Source: Podospora anserina
Lineage: Eukaryota
Assembly (NCBI GenBank): GCA_017654855.1
Contig: CM030333.1
Span: forward strand, 4,588,001 to 4,652,000
Direction of reading: 5' to 3'
DNA: 64,000 nucleotides
Of this stretch, positions 50,061-63,171 are shown one piece after another. Position 1 is the first letter of the stretch; every line of letters starts with the position of its first letter. The notes beneath the pieces are model-generated. The model did no database searches and had not been told where the DNA came from. It worked only from the letters and a program-made list of their open reading frames with translations. The position numbers and the translations under genes were made by a program.

Positions 50061-52600
50061 CTAAGAAATCTCCTTCCCAAGCCTATTCAGCTCCTCGGTG
50101 ATAAACTGCCCGGCATTAATCAGTTCACTTGCACCGTACAAAACTCTCTTCTTGACCTTATCACCGCTCGTGGCTCCTCTCGCAGCCCACTCCTGCAAGT
50201 TGCCATACTCATCCATGGACCCGCCGCCCACCATGAACACCAGCGCCTCCGAGAACCCCTGTCTCCGCTGTCCAAAGCTTGCCCCCATTCCAGGAGCGCC
50301 TCCAGGACCGCCGGGTAGCCCACCGGGTGCCCCGCCTTGAGTTGCCGCCCGGACCGGTTGTGGCATCGTCCCTCTTGCGTTTGCGCTCCGGGGATCAAAG
50401 TAGAGGTAGTGCTCCGTCTTGGCAATGGCCGATGAGCTGGCCGCCGAAGGGTCCATGATGGATTCGGTAATCTTGGTTACTGTAAGATCACGGTCCACGG
50501 GCAAGAAGTTCTTGATGCCGCCGAGGAGAGAGGCAACATTGGATGAAAGGGCGTTAGTCGGCACGCCAGTCTCCTTGAGTCTGTCAGTAAGACGGGTGGA
50601 GATCGCCGAGAAGCGGTTGAAAAGGTCCGAAGAGCCAGATTGCTGACCAGTTGATTGCTGGTTGCTGATGGTAGTGAGCTGTGTCATTTTGGTGGTTGCT
50701 CGGACTCTGTGTCTGAAGTTAGAAGCTTGCTACGTGTGATGATAAGATCGGGAACTCCTTACTGTCTGATGTAAGCCAGGCATGTCTTGTCACAACCAGC
50801 ACCGACCAAGGCCTCTTCGAACTGTTGCCATTCCGGCCTGGACACGTCCTGCTCCGTGCTGAGGAACCAGATAATAAACAGACGGAGCTTGTCTGTTGGT
50901 TGACCCTTGTCGTCTGTTCTGATCATTTCCAAGATCTGGGCCTTGGTCTGCTTGGCCACCTCCTCTTCTAGCTGGAAATAGTTGTCCAGCTTGCGGTTTT
51001 GAATTTCCTGCAAAATAGCGGCAAGAATGTTCATGTGCATATCCAACGTGGCCTTGCGTTCTCGAAGCTCGGGAAGCAGCGTGATGGCTGCTTTGAGATG
51101 TTGCGCGCTGGCACTGGTATCATTTTGCAGATCTTCAAAGTCCGTGACACCAGTCTTCTTGGTGATGGCTTCTGCCTCTTCCTTGTACTTGGTGAGCTCG
51201 GCATCAATGTCTTCGGCCACCTGAGGGAATGGGAGGCAGGCATTCTTGGCCCAGAAAAAGTCATTGGCGGCCAAATCGTAGCTTTTCTTGGTTGTGCCTT
51301 TGGCGGGGTTGTTGGAGTCCACGGGGGTCTCGATCGTAATGCGATTCAGCTCAGACCTGAAGACGTCGAAACACAAGCTCTGGTAGGTCCAGGAGTGAGA
51401 AAGCATGGGGATCAAGTCCACGTTGCGATCAAGGATGATTAGTACAGGTCTTGACGTGGGTGTTCCCGCCGCCACGCCTGGTGTTCGTGATTGAGAAGAA
51501 AACAGGTTGTCTTTGGAGTTCAAAACGTGGTCCCGGAGCTTGCGGTCAAGTCTTTGAGCTATCACCTCAGCTGCAGCACCTTTTGGACAACGAATCTGTA
51601 AGAGCAAACGATTAGCATGCTTCCTCAGGCTTACAGTTGTTTTCTTGGCGGTAGACTTGGTGTTGGAGAACCTACAACTGGGATTACACCTGGAGAAACT
51701 ACAGTTAGCCAACCAGCGCAATAACACCACATCAAGGTTGGTGAAAACATACCTAACGTCACCACAACACTAAACAACCCACTGACAATGCGATCTACTA
51801 CACGATCCAGCTCTTCGTCGTTTGTCTTGGCACTGTTCAGGGCCCAGTATGTGTGTTGCTTTTGCATCCCTAGACTGAAGAGATCTGGTTCTGTGACGAT
51901 AAAGTTGAGATACTGGTCGTAGATCTGTGCGATCTGTTCTGATGTTTCCGTGACAGCTGTTTGCGCAGCGAAGTCTTCCAACAGCGGCCGTGGGATCGAG
52001 GAGAGGAAGTTGACATAGACAGAGCTGTAGAGCCCATTCTTGAGGTCCCTCGTGATCGCCTCGAGGTTTGCGGGTGTGGGCTCGACGAGATATATCGCTG
52101 GTACATCGGGAATTTTGGCTCTGTTGGCTGAAATGTGCCTACACCAACAGTTAGCTACAGGTCGCCTTGGTTACTGGAAATGGTCCGCAACCCACATATG
52201 CATCGTCACACCCAGTGACCGCAGGTCCGACACTTGGAGTACTGGACTGATGACATCACGGCCAAGGTCCTGAAAGAGACAAAGCTGTTAGCCTCTTGCC
52301 AGAGTTATAAGCTTGAGGAGAGGTGCCAGCTTACGTCAAACACAAGGACCTTCCAGATAGGCGTTCCGTCCTTCAGTATAGGGGCCACGGGCAGGCCATT
52401 GGCATTGACTTCGTCGCCTTCGCTGAGCTCGAGAGCTTCATTTAAGTTGAGGATCTTTCTGATCGAGACTAAGTTGCACAGGGCAAGTCAGACATGATGG
52501 TCAAGTCGAGCGCAGCCAATGATTACAACAGTGACAGAAAAAGAGGAATGAGCATACGGATCTGCTTATCGCGAAGCGCATTGCCCCGCGCCGCCGCCAT
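50061..52600 (-). CDS. SLY1: Sly1 (Sec1/Munc18 family, ER-Golgi SNARE regulator), ~709 aa; exons 52600-52558, 52468-52335, 52269-52196, 52138-51753, 51689-51676, 51595-50763, 50706-50061
   Basis: LRDKQI..I.KILNLN, IWKVLVFD, V.DLR..GVT.H, IPDVPAIY.VEPT, RPVLIILDRNVDL.PMLSHSWTYQ, LDMHMNI, FMVGGG...EY. Six introns join in frame. Confidence 0.93.
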
Positions 52601-55242
52601 GATTGTGACCTCCAACCTGTTGATACTGTGTACTGTATTCCAAAGCTGCTGCTATCTCCCCTTTCCTGTCTTTTATTGGCTTCGGCCTCGAGTTCGAACG
52701 ATTGGGACGGCGCAAGCTCCGCCTTCAAGCTGGCTGTGGGTGATGTGGATGTGCAGGGAGCTGTGCTATACTTGGTAGTCGTCGAGGATCAGCTGTGTTG
52801 TCTTGTTCTTGGTGAAGTGTAATCGCAGTTCATTCCTTTGCTAGGTTTACATGCTCAGGTGTTAGTGTCGGCGTCGGCCACATGTTCGAAGATTGCCCCC
52901 ACAATGAATTTCATGGACACCTTTACGTCCACTCTTGGAACTTGGGGGCCACTGTCATAAGGCAGTACCGTACCTGCCTGCCTGGAGCACTGCAGTTCGG
53001 TGACGGTCCGGCTATGGGGAAGATACAGTTGCCAGTCTTCTGCAGCCAGGTGCCGCCTCGGTGAGATGGTGACCGATTGAGGGGGTCGATCCGATTTAGA
53101 TTGGCTGACAAGGTCTTCCCGCCACATGCACGGACCAGCCGCCAGCCAGCCAGCCACGCCCAGCCCTTTAATGGCACCGGCAGCTGGCTTTGCGCGACGC
53201 AGAGCCAACTTTTCTCTTTCAACGACATCCCGTGGCTCTGTTCCCAAAACCTCTTCTCAACCCAAACGGAAATCCCCAACAATTCTCCTAACTGCCTTAC
53301 TGGGTGTTGCGCGCTCAAGTCACGGCTTTTTCATACTCACTCCTCCATTCCAGCCCACTCGTATAGGCAATTCTGGGCCTGGACAGAGATTTGGAGCGTT
53401 GTTTAATTTCGGCGCCCGTCGATTCGTTCTCACTTCTTCATCACACTACAGACGCGTCGGCCTGCTTTTTAATCATTTGAAATTAGTCCAGCCCTGGGTT
53501 TTCTGTCTAGATATACGCGGAAAATGTTGTAAGGCGCCGGGCAGGCTCTGCTAACGAGACGTACGTCGCCTGCGAAAGGACGGTGGTGATGACGTGTCTC
53601 TGCCACACAACACCGCGGAAGGGATTCGTGTTGCAAACACTGCTGGACACACAAGACACAGCTACAACAAAGGGTATGCATAAACTCATCCGTCCCCCCA
53701 AAATTCCACAAGAAGACTTGAGCAAGCAGTTGGATGTTGTATCTCCCTTATCGGCCATGAAAGAATACCTGGAAGTGCCTGTTCAATCACGCAGTCTTGA
53801 TTCCGCAGCCGGCGATCTGCAGTGCGGACTCCGAAGGACTTGCGAAGAGCGACGGCAGCCAACGTGGAGCGGTGGCTACAGAGGAGGGCCGTTATCTGAC
53901 TGCAAGTAACACTTAAACTCCTGTCATGGGACCAAGTGCAGAACACGCGATGGAGAGCAACCACAGCAGCAGAGAGAGCAGACGGGACAGCCACTGGCAA
54001 TAATTCAATGTCACAGTCGTCGGCCCATCCATCCCTGGTTAATTGTCCCATGCACAAATCCAGATCTTCTCTGGCTTGCAGAAGAGCAGAAGCACCTGAC
54101 GGCCGAGCTGCTGCGGGGCATCCTGAGGTGCGCTGCGCTCCCGGCCTTCTGGCTTCTGGGAGAGGGGCACTTTCAGGGGGGTCCCCGCCCAGCCCACCTC
54201 ACACCCACACACACCTACAGACACACACACAACACACACCATGGAATCATCTCTTCCCCTTGAGATCGGACTGATGAATGATGGCCACCAGAAAATGGGA
54301 GGAATCTGTTCTGCAAGACACTGCCTGTCTGAAATGCAGTCCATCCATCAAGGACATCATCTTCCGGTTTGCCCGGTTGGTTCCAGCCATTGGGAAAATT
54401 AAGCCCTGGGCGCAAATAGTTACCCGGCATTCCAAGATCAGTCACTCCTCAACACACCACAGCACCACGGCCCGGACAGAGAGGCCAGCATCGACGTCGC
54501 GGAACCACTGCCCGACACACTGGACACAGACAGGCCGGTCTCGAGAATCAGCTTAGCGACCCTCGGTTGCGACTGCGATAAAATGACTATTGAATCAACA
54601 CAGAACCGTCTCTGAGTCTCTCATGATACCGTGTTGTCCCTCGCCTTCTCTCGCTGTGGTCTGCTGGCTGCTGGCTGCTGGCTGCTGGTGTGGTGGTGGT
54701 GGTGTTGTTCTCTGGTGTTGCAGGCTGCTCTCTGCTCTTCCTGGGTTGGATGGTGGCTCTCTTGGCTCGGAGGATGGAGATACTCTCCAGTCGTTGGCTG
54801 CTTTTTGCTCACGTCGCACAATGGCGCATTGTTTTTTTGCCGGGATCTTGTTGGTGCTGCAGGTTGACTGACACTTTTCCGCTTTAGACACATCGCACTA
54901 GTCCGAATTCAGAAACGCCCCACACACAACTCGCTGCATGCACTTAACCGATTTGTGAACCTCTCCTTTCGTTCGTTTTGTTGCAAAATACCCGATTTCA
55001 CGAATCCCGATTCTTCTATCCAAGTGCTTCACTTCCACCATCACCAGTTGTCCAACTACCGATATTACGACTGAGGTTTCAAAGAGTTTGAACGACTTTT
55101 TTTTCGATCGAAGCCGATATCACTATTGTTGGTGGCTATTTCACGATTTTCGCCAAGTCCCACCTGTCAAAATTGTTTAGTTGCATATAGGTTGCCGAGT
55201 CACGTGGCACCCCTTTTTGCCTCGCCAACCTGAAGGAGGACC

Positions 55243-58200
55243 ATGGACCAAAGCCATGGCCACGACAGTGGCATGCCGGACTGGGACCCCAATGCCTTTA
55301 TATCTAATGACACATGGGATCATCAGTTCATGAACCCGAATTTGGGCTTTGATCAACCTAACGGAGGCGACCACAGCTTCCAGAACACAGAGTACCTCGG
55401 TTCGGCACCAATACACCCGCAGCTCTCTGGTGCTGCTGAGTTTCGGGATTTTGATCCGTATCTATCACAACACAACCCTGGCAACTTGTGGTCGAACTCC
55501 AGTCAGACGGAAGCCCAGTATGGACAGGATTCAGCGATCGACCCCTCGTTCTATCAAGAACAACATCAGCATCATGCAAGAGAGCCAAACCCGACCACCA
55601 ACAGCCGGTTCGCCCTCAACGTTCCCCAAAACAATGACTTTGGCTCTCATCTGCATACCCCGAACAACCAGGAGGCGACTCACAGCCTTCTTAATACACC
55701 CGAACCCACACAGAATGCCTATGCTCAGAATTCCATGCCCCAATGGCATAATCAGGTAGCTGCAAGTTATGCCCCTGGCCACCAGTATGAGAACCCACTT
55801 GCTGTATCTCAGGCGGCAACTCTCACTCCGCCAGTTCAAAACGGCTCCCCTTCTCCGTTTGGCTCTGCCCGCAACACCGCTGCGCAATATCAGCCAGAGG
55901 TACCGCCGGTACACCGCCAACATCAGCAACACCACCCTCAGATTCAACAGCAACATCAAGCTGTCAATGCTAGGTCTGTTCATCCTCAGTTTGCTGCGGG
56001 CATTAATGGGCAACCACAACAGCAGCAGCAGCATATGCCTGTTAGCCAGCTGCCCATGTCCGGTGTTGGCAGCCCCCATGTATCACCCCAGCCACAGCCT
56101 GCCCAGAAAGCCATGGGACATCAACTGGCGCAACAAGCCCCGCGCTCCCAGCAAATGCCACAACAGATGGCCCAACATCTGTCTCCACAAGTACCGCACC
56201 AGCTATCGCCACATGTATCACAACCCCAGCAGGTGCCTCAGCAAGCGGTCCAACAAAATCCATTCCCCAAGCAAATCGAGCGCGCTCAGCAGCATCAAAG
56301 CGCCTCCGTTCAATCTCCTCAGTCTGTTCCTGCTCAGCAGCCGATAAGTCAGCCTATCATCAGTCACTCACCACAGCCTCAACAGGGTTTGCCTCATCAC
56401 CAGTTGCAGCAGCAGCAGCAACATCAGTTCGTAGTGCAACAAGCGGCGTCTCCTCAGGGTCAAAAGCGGCCGTCCGATGCCCAACTTGTGTCTGCCATTG
56501 CAGCCAAAAAGGCCAGAATAGTATCTGCGGGACCAGCCATCTCGAACTCGCCCTTGCCAGTGCAGTCCCAGCCAGTGTTGTTCCAACTACCAGTGCCGGT
56601 GCAACAACGACCGCGCAATCTTGAGCCTGCTCCGCCGGTTTACACCATCAACTTTGAAGACACCAAGCTTCTGGAGTCTGTTCGGGATCAAGATACGCTT
56701 AGGTTCCCTGGTGTTCCTAATATCGTGATCGGCGCGGAGCCGGTTAAGCTGAAGAAGAGCCCTCCAACAAAACGATATGTGACCCTCACTGCGAGACCTG
56801 GAAAGGCACCTCTCTTCCCTGAGATTGCTCGCGGCTGGATCATGGCTGAGAGTTTGGCTAACCACAACGAAGCCTACAAGAATGCAAAGACTGACGAGGA
56901 ACGGTATCAGGCCGATACTCGACTTGATGTGGAGATGGCTAGGGCGGGCTGTGAAATGCCGGTGGAATGGATGAAGAAAGTGCTCAAAGAGCATTTGGGG
57001 CCTAGGGTAAGGAAACCCTGTGTTAATCTGTTTTTCTCTATCGTTTGGACTGTGCTGACCTCAATATTTTGCGTAGGCTGCTCTTCCAGCTCCGCCACCC
57101 GAGCCAAAAAAGACGCTTATCAACGCAACTGAGAAAGTTCGGCTTCACCCTGCTCATCTGGTGAACAAGGGCTTGTTCGAAAAGGTCAATAACGAGTATT
57201 ATCTATATGTGCTTGAAATTGCGTCTTCGTTGAGAGATGTACTCGCTCGGCTCAAGAACCCCAACCAATCTGAGCCCAGAGAGACCAGAGATCCAGCAGA
57301 GCTGAAGCTGAGGCTCGAGCAGGCAATTGTGGCGGGGATCACATACGGCCATGATCAGGTGTTGGCAGAGTTGATCGTTGGGACTATCCCTGGGACTGCT
57401 GAGAAGAAGCAACCAGTGAAGAAGCAACATTTGGCAGTGGTGTTGTGCAACTTGGTCATCAAGTTTTACAACGCCGGTGAACTAAACTCGTCGCTGACCA
57501 AGGCAATCTTGAAGCTCTTCACCAGGTTCACAACCATGACAATGAAGCTGCTGACCCTGGTAAAGATGAAGCAGATCAAAGGCGTGGTGGGGAAGAAGGG
57601 CGACGACGAGACAAAAGCACTGGTTGCTCGCATTTTCGAAATCGGAGAGAGCAACCCAAGTGAATCAAGCGACAGCGAGAGCGACGCCGACTCTGACGCG
57701 CGAGAACCTAGTGGAAAAGTTAGTGGGGCGTCAAAGCAGAAGGACAGCAAGAAACTGTCCAAGGAGGGCTCAGCTTCAACCAGCTCCAAGTCAACAAACG
57801 CAATTTCTGGCAGCGACTCCAAAAAGTTGCCTCCCACAACGTTAGCTTCCAAAATGGCTAAACCCAACAGCGACACCAAAAAATTGCCTGCAACCTCAGC
57901 GTCCAAGACGATGGCGCCTAATAATAGTGAGGTGAAGAAGAAGGTATTATCGTCAGCCTCGCTGCCTGCTGGACTCAAACGTTCGCGTGAAGATGATGCT
58001 GCTGGCGAGTCGCGCTCTTCTAAGAAGGCGGCGACTGAAAGTAGCACTTCCTCCGCTGCTGGCATAAAACCTCCGCCGTCATTGTTGTCTGGTAGTAAAC
58101 TGCCTGCTGCCAGCAAGGCTGCCGCCGCCAAACCTGCCACCACTGGTGCTTCGTCTACAACAGCAACAAGCTCCCAACCTAAAGCCCGGTCTGCCCTCCT

Positions 58201-60274
58201 GCTTCCTGGAAAAACCCGCCCACTCACAAAGCCCGCACCCACCAAGCCTGAGCCTCCCAAGCCCATTGTCAAGCCTGTCGAGTCCAAGGCTCCAGTGGCA
58301 AAGGTTACCAAGCCTAGAGCTACCGAGACTCCCAAGGAGAGCTCGTCATCTAAATCTGCCTTCTCTGCTTTGATGGATGAAATTCACCAGCCCAAGAAGG
58401 TCAACACGCCAGTTCTGCCCACCAAGGCCACTCCAGAGGTTCCGTTGAACGAGACTCCTGAGGAGCGCAAGCGTCGTCTGCGGAAGGAAGAGCGACGTGC
58501 ACTGAGACTCAAGGTTACTTTCAAGCCTGGCGATAGTCTGGTACAGATCCGCGAGTTTGCTCGTGAGCCCGAGGAAATCGAGAACAGTGCCAAGATGGCC
58601 GGTGGCGCCAACAAGTACGACGAAGCCGAGAGCTTCCGTAAGGTCAACAGCAAACTCGGCATCAGAGCCCACGAAATCGAGGACCGCGACTGGGAGACAC
58701 CCGTTACTATTGACTTTTCCCACATCCCTGCCGACAAACGTACCGAAACTTTTGAGACTCGCGGTGGGCTTAAGACCTTTGAGACGGACGAGCAGCGCTT
58801 CATTGCTGAGCATGACCGCAACGAGTTGGTCGTGATTTACAACCACCTCAACGACATACCTCCCACCCCACGTTCGCCACAATACGAGCCCAGCCTTAGC
58901 AGTTCCGGTTCCGAATTGCGCTTGCCTCTCGACACTCCTAACTACGACGAGATCAGAGTGCGCGCTGATGAGTGCAGAAAGTTCGGCACCCGCCAAGCCT
59001 CCCGCTTTGCGCAAGGCCGCCTCGAAAGCAAGACACAAGCTGAGAGAGTGCAGGCAAAAGCCAAGTCGGTCCAACAAGATCCCAATACATTCTACAGCCC
59101 GACAACTGCTGTTAGTCGCGATCAAGGGACCTACGAGGTTATTGTTTCGGATCGCCTCAAGAATTGGAGAGATCCCAACCCGCTTCCGGCTCCTGATCCA
59201 ACCAAGACTTCAGAGGAAAGACTCGACGCCGTACTTAAGGCTTTGGATATGCTAGTGAGAATCAACGTTGCTTCTGTGTCTGCTCGGAGAGCGCAAGTGA
59301 CATCAGTCGCCCCTGCTCAAGCTAGTGCTCCTATGAGTGTGATTCCAGCGCAGGTTGCGGTGTCTGCGCAGCCTTCAGCCCCAACGCCAGCAACTGCTCC
59401 TTCACAAACCGCAGCTGCTGCTCCCGATTATTCTGCGCAATGGGCTCAGTACTATCAACAGCAAGCTCAGCAACAGGCTTGGTACAATCAGCAACAACAA
59501 GGCTCGGCACAGGCACCGGCATTTGCTGCTCCCCAAGCTCAACAGCAGGCGCCTGATGTCGCTGCCCTTCTCGCTCAGCTAGGCGGTCAAGCTGCTGCTT
59601 CTCAGCCAGCAGTTCAACCCCAAAACGCCCAGCTCCAGGCTGTTGTCGCCGCACTCGCTGGTAGCAACCAAGCCCAGGGCCCCGAACTCCAGGCCATCAT
59701 GGCTGCGCTCGCCGGAAACAACCAGCCTCAAAATGCTCAGTATGTCGCCAATCTAATGGAGTGGGCGCAGAGTCAATCTGGCGCCGCGAAGCCGACTTCA
59801 ACAGCAGCCCCGACTGCCGCCTACAGTGCTGCCGCCCATCCTGCCTACCAAGCTCAGTCGAACTACGGTCAGCAGCAGCAGCAGCACCAGGGCGGCTATG
59901 AGTCCCGCTCCTACAATCAGTCCAACCAAAGCCGTCCCGGCAACGACTTCTCCGCCTCCATGTACGACGACGAGGGATACGTCCCTCCTGCGAACAACAA
60001 CACTGGTGGCGGCAACTACGGCCGTGATCGTGATTGGGATAGTAATCGGGATGGTCCTGGCGGCGGCGGCGGTGGTGGCGGTGGTCGCCGTAACAAGAAG
60101 CACAAGAAGCACGGCGGTGGTCATCACGATAGGGACAGGGATAACAACAACAAGGACGACGTCCCTGAGCACCTCCGTAATATCAACACCCGGCTTATCG
60201 GCACGAAGCAATGCGCATTTTATGCCAAGGGGACCTGCGCTAAAGGGGACAAGTGCACTTTTAGGCACGATTAA
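55243..60274 (+). CDS. Large nuclear protein with Gln-rich N-terminus, TFIIS-N-like helical domain, RVxF-type PP1-docking motif and C-terminal CCCH zinc finger (PNUTS/Ppn1-like), ~1653 aa; exons 55243-57006, 57077-60274
   Basis: Intron 57007-57076 (GTAAGG...GCTGAC...TAG) fuses the 629- and 1037-aa ORFs in frame. RLKVTFKPGDSLVQIREF at ~58505; C-x7-C-x5-C-x3-H at 60212-60268. The family assignment is inference. Confidence 0.75.
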
Positions 60275-60941
60275 TGGGGACAAGAACATTGTTCCAACAT
60301 AATTCTTTCCTCTGTTATCGGTTTTATTGAGAAGCGGTGTCTTGGCATGGGCATTGCATTTTTGCATTATCAACGACGACGAAAACTTTTACACGGTTTT
60401 TTCTGCTTCCATTGGGGCAGTTGCTATTATCATAAAACTTCAGCGAAGTATTGCATTTTCGGCGCCAGAGAAGGGGGATGCGTAATATGGTTCAGTGGGA
60501 AGGGGTTTCATACTTGTGACTGGGAGGGCATTGTGAGCAATTGTATTTATATGGGGTGGGGAACGGAGAGAGAGAAAGCGGAAAAGGAGGGTGGATTTTA
60601 GGTACACTAGGTTTACCTTACAGTATTTTAATCCATGAGTGATTACATTACTTTGCTTGTTTTATTTTCTCGTGCTGACACGTTGCGACATTTGAGAGAT
60701 TGTTACCATTTCTCTATTTTATTTTCGGAGCATCTCACAACAATTTCTGAGAGTTATGATCAGATTCTATAATCAAACCAAACGACTTCATGCTGTGACC
60801 TCTGTTTCCACTACACCAGGCTTCCAGTCCCCCCAAGCTAAATATGTGCAATGATGAGTACCAACAGACAGACTCATTGATATCAATAAATGCCAGTCTT
60901 CCCAAAGCGCCGATGCTTCCCCATGCTCAACCTCCTTCGCC

Positions 60942-62373
60942 TCAATGGGCATGCGGCCCTGTCAAGTTCATTCTGTGTACAATGACATCGCGGATTGTCT
61001 CAACCTTTGCCATGGCGCCTGTGAGAAGCGGATTAGTATCTGGCGGTTCTGTGTAGGTATTTGAAAAGACAACTCACCATCTCCTGTATCGCCGCAAGCG
61101 AGGGTCCTATTAATTCAGTAGTCAGTTTCATATTCAAAGCAGTGGTGATGTCAGCTCAAAAAGCGGCAAATCCTACTTGGAGATGGGCTGTGTCACGAAA
61201 CGTTAGCATCACTCCCAGAGCAGCATCAAGGGTATATGCTGACCGGGATAACTTGAAACCAACCATCGATCAGTCTCGCAGCTCCGTCTGGGTCGAGCAG
61301 TGTCTCTCTGACGCCCCAGTCCTCCCGTAAGGTGCGAATCTGCTTTGCTGTGATGGGGTGTCTCCACATGGCCTACGAACATGTCAACTCTCGCTCCACG
61401 GTCTTGGGTAAGAAAGCTTACCGAGTTCATGGCTGGCGCAACGGCAATGTATTTCTTTTTGAGATCAATCGAACCGTCGATATCCCAGGCTCGTATAACG
61501 GATGTGAGCTATATAGGAGTGAGCGGCAGTCTCGTAAAAAGAAGGGATGAGGAACATTACAAGGTTGTCAGACATGCCGTTGACGATCTCACACATCAGT
61601 TAGTACACATAACATGGCATCTTCTTAGTGAGAGAGTCCAACCTTGGCGAGGGTGTTTGCACTTAGAGCTACCAGATTATTAGCTACCATGTAGAGAAGG
61701 GCGGACTTGGGTATAACACATACGAGCAATGACAAGCATATCAGCCCCTATTCCTACCGTCAGCACCCCGTCCCAATCCAACTGAATAAGATCACCCACA
61801 TCTTCGGAGTCTGTTGAGAAACAGCAATTAGTAACGATTGTTAGCCAGCTGCCGAAAACAGACACAAGTCCAGGGGTAAAAGGTCACAAACTCGATATGC
61901 AATATACTCGCTCCCCTCTTCCAAGGCTGCGGCCCCCACTCATCCTCGTCTCGATAGACTGCGTCGACATTGGGCAGATGAAGCAGGGACGAGACGGTAG
62001 GCTGCTCATCACTTTGGCCGTTGAGGAACTCGCTGGCGGATTTGGTCAGGATGATACGGATCGAAAGCTTAGCTGCATATGGCGCGAGGGCTTCGACGAT
62101 GACGGGGACTGGCAAAAAAGCATTAGGGTCACATATACAAGGCTGGTAGAGGTGAGAGAGGCGCACGTTTGATTGTGGCTACAGAACCCGACGCTCTATC
62201 ATACACATTAGTCTCTAGCCTCACATCCAAAGAGTGCCAGGAAAATGGGCAGGCGCATACGCAAGAAGCAGATGCTTCTTCCCATCATGAAGAGCTCGCG
62301 CTAGTGAGGCGACGGAATTTGATTCAGAAGTCATGAAGTGGTTGTCGTGGGCGTTGCCGACTGCCTGCAGCAT
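60942..62373 (-). CDS. PPCDC: Phosphopantothenoylcysteine decarboxylase (HFCD flavoprotein, Hal3/Cab3 family), ~259 aa, 12 exons: 62373-62261, 62195-62167, 62108-61892, 61810-61800, 61747-61724, 61668-61643, 61587-61561, 61508-61422, 61372-61244, 61187-61177, 61106-61078, 61018-60942
   Basis: Manual splicing gives 780 nt in one frame with HLLLAASGSVATIK, LHIELRRWADMLVIAPLSANTLAKIVNGMSDNLLTSVIRAWD, APAMNSAMWRHP and PISKTLACGDTGDGAMA. An alternative in-frame ATG lies at 62334. Confidence 0.9.
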
Positions 62374-63171
62374 GGTGTTATTTTGCAAGAGCAAGTGTGC
62401 GAAATACTCCGTGATTGGGGATGGTCGTCAGACCGGATGCCGAACGGGACGTTTGCAACAGCCGAGCTACTTCCTGCTGGTCAGTTTTTTTCGGCAAAAG
62501 ATGTCGATTCTTCTTTGATGATACGGCCGATACTTCCCCACATTCAGTTAGTCAAATATATACGTTGAATCGTGATAGTCGCAAGCAGGAAGGTGCGATA
62601 GAGCAGTTCAGGTAATGAAGCATGAAGATGCGATGACAAACCCGATTACGGAGGGGTGATCTCATGGTATATCGGTAGGTATTTAGTTCTAGACCTGTCC
62701 ACGTTTATACATTACTCACGTCGTATATCAAAGCAAATCTAACCTATTTGCAGCGGGATCGTGCTCTTCTTGCCAAATCTTTGTTTGCTAACATCCGTTA
62801 GAGCTCATGCGGTAGCTTACGATGAAGTGACGTTGGGACGACTACACGCCACCAAAGCCTCAGTCAGGGTGAGGGGTCCATCCCGATGAGAACTGGCTAC
62901 GTCATAACCCTAACCCGGCGACTGCTGCCTCTCAAGCTTGAGAGCGTGCGTAACAGTGCAACAATGCCAGCCCATTCTGGAGTGTCCCTATGTAATGAGG
63001 CTCAGACAAACAAAGAGCTTCAAATAATACCCCATACACTTGAAATCAAGATCTCTTAGCTCTCAGTGTCTCAGAAGCTTGGTTAAGGCCTGAGCTTGTC
63101 ACCGCTTGGATCGTCCTGCAGGCTGTCCCACTAATAGCAGCACCCCGGATTGCGATTAAGCGTGCAATTAA

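Noticed and set aside
52855..54900. Many short ORFs and (GCTG/CTG), (CA) simple repeats in the SLY1 / PNUTS-like divergent region
   Set aside because: Low-complexity promoter/UTR sequence with no supported coding or RNA gene.
62905..62916. TAACCCTAACCC telomere-like dimer
   Set aside because: Only two units; not a telomere. It could be a telobox-type site, but this is unsupported.
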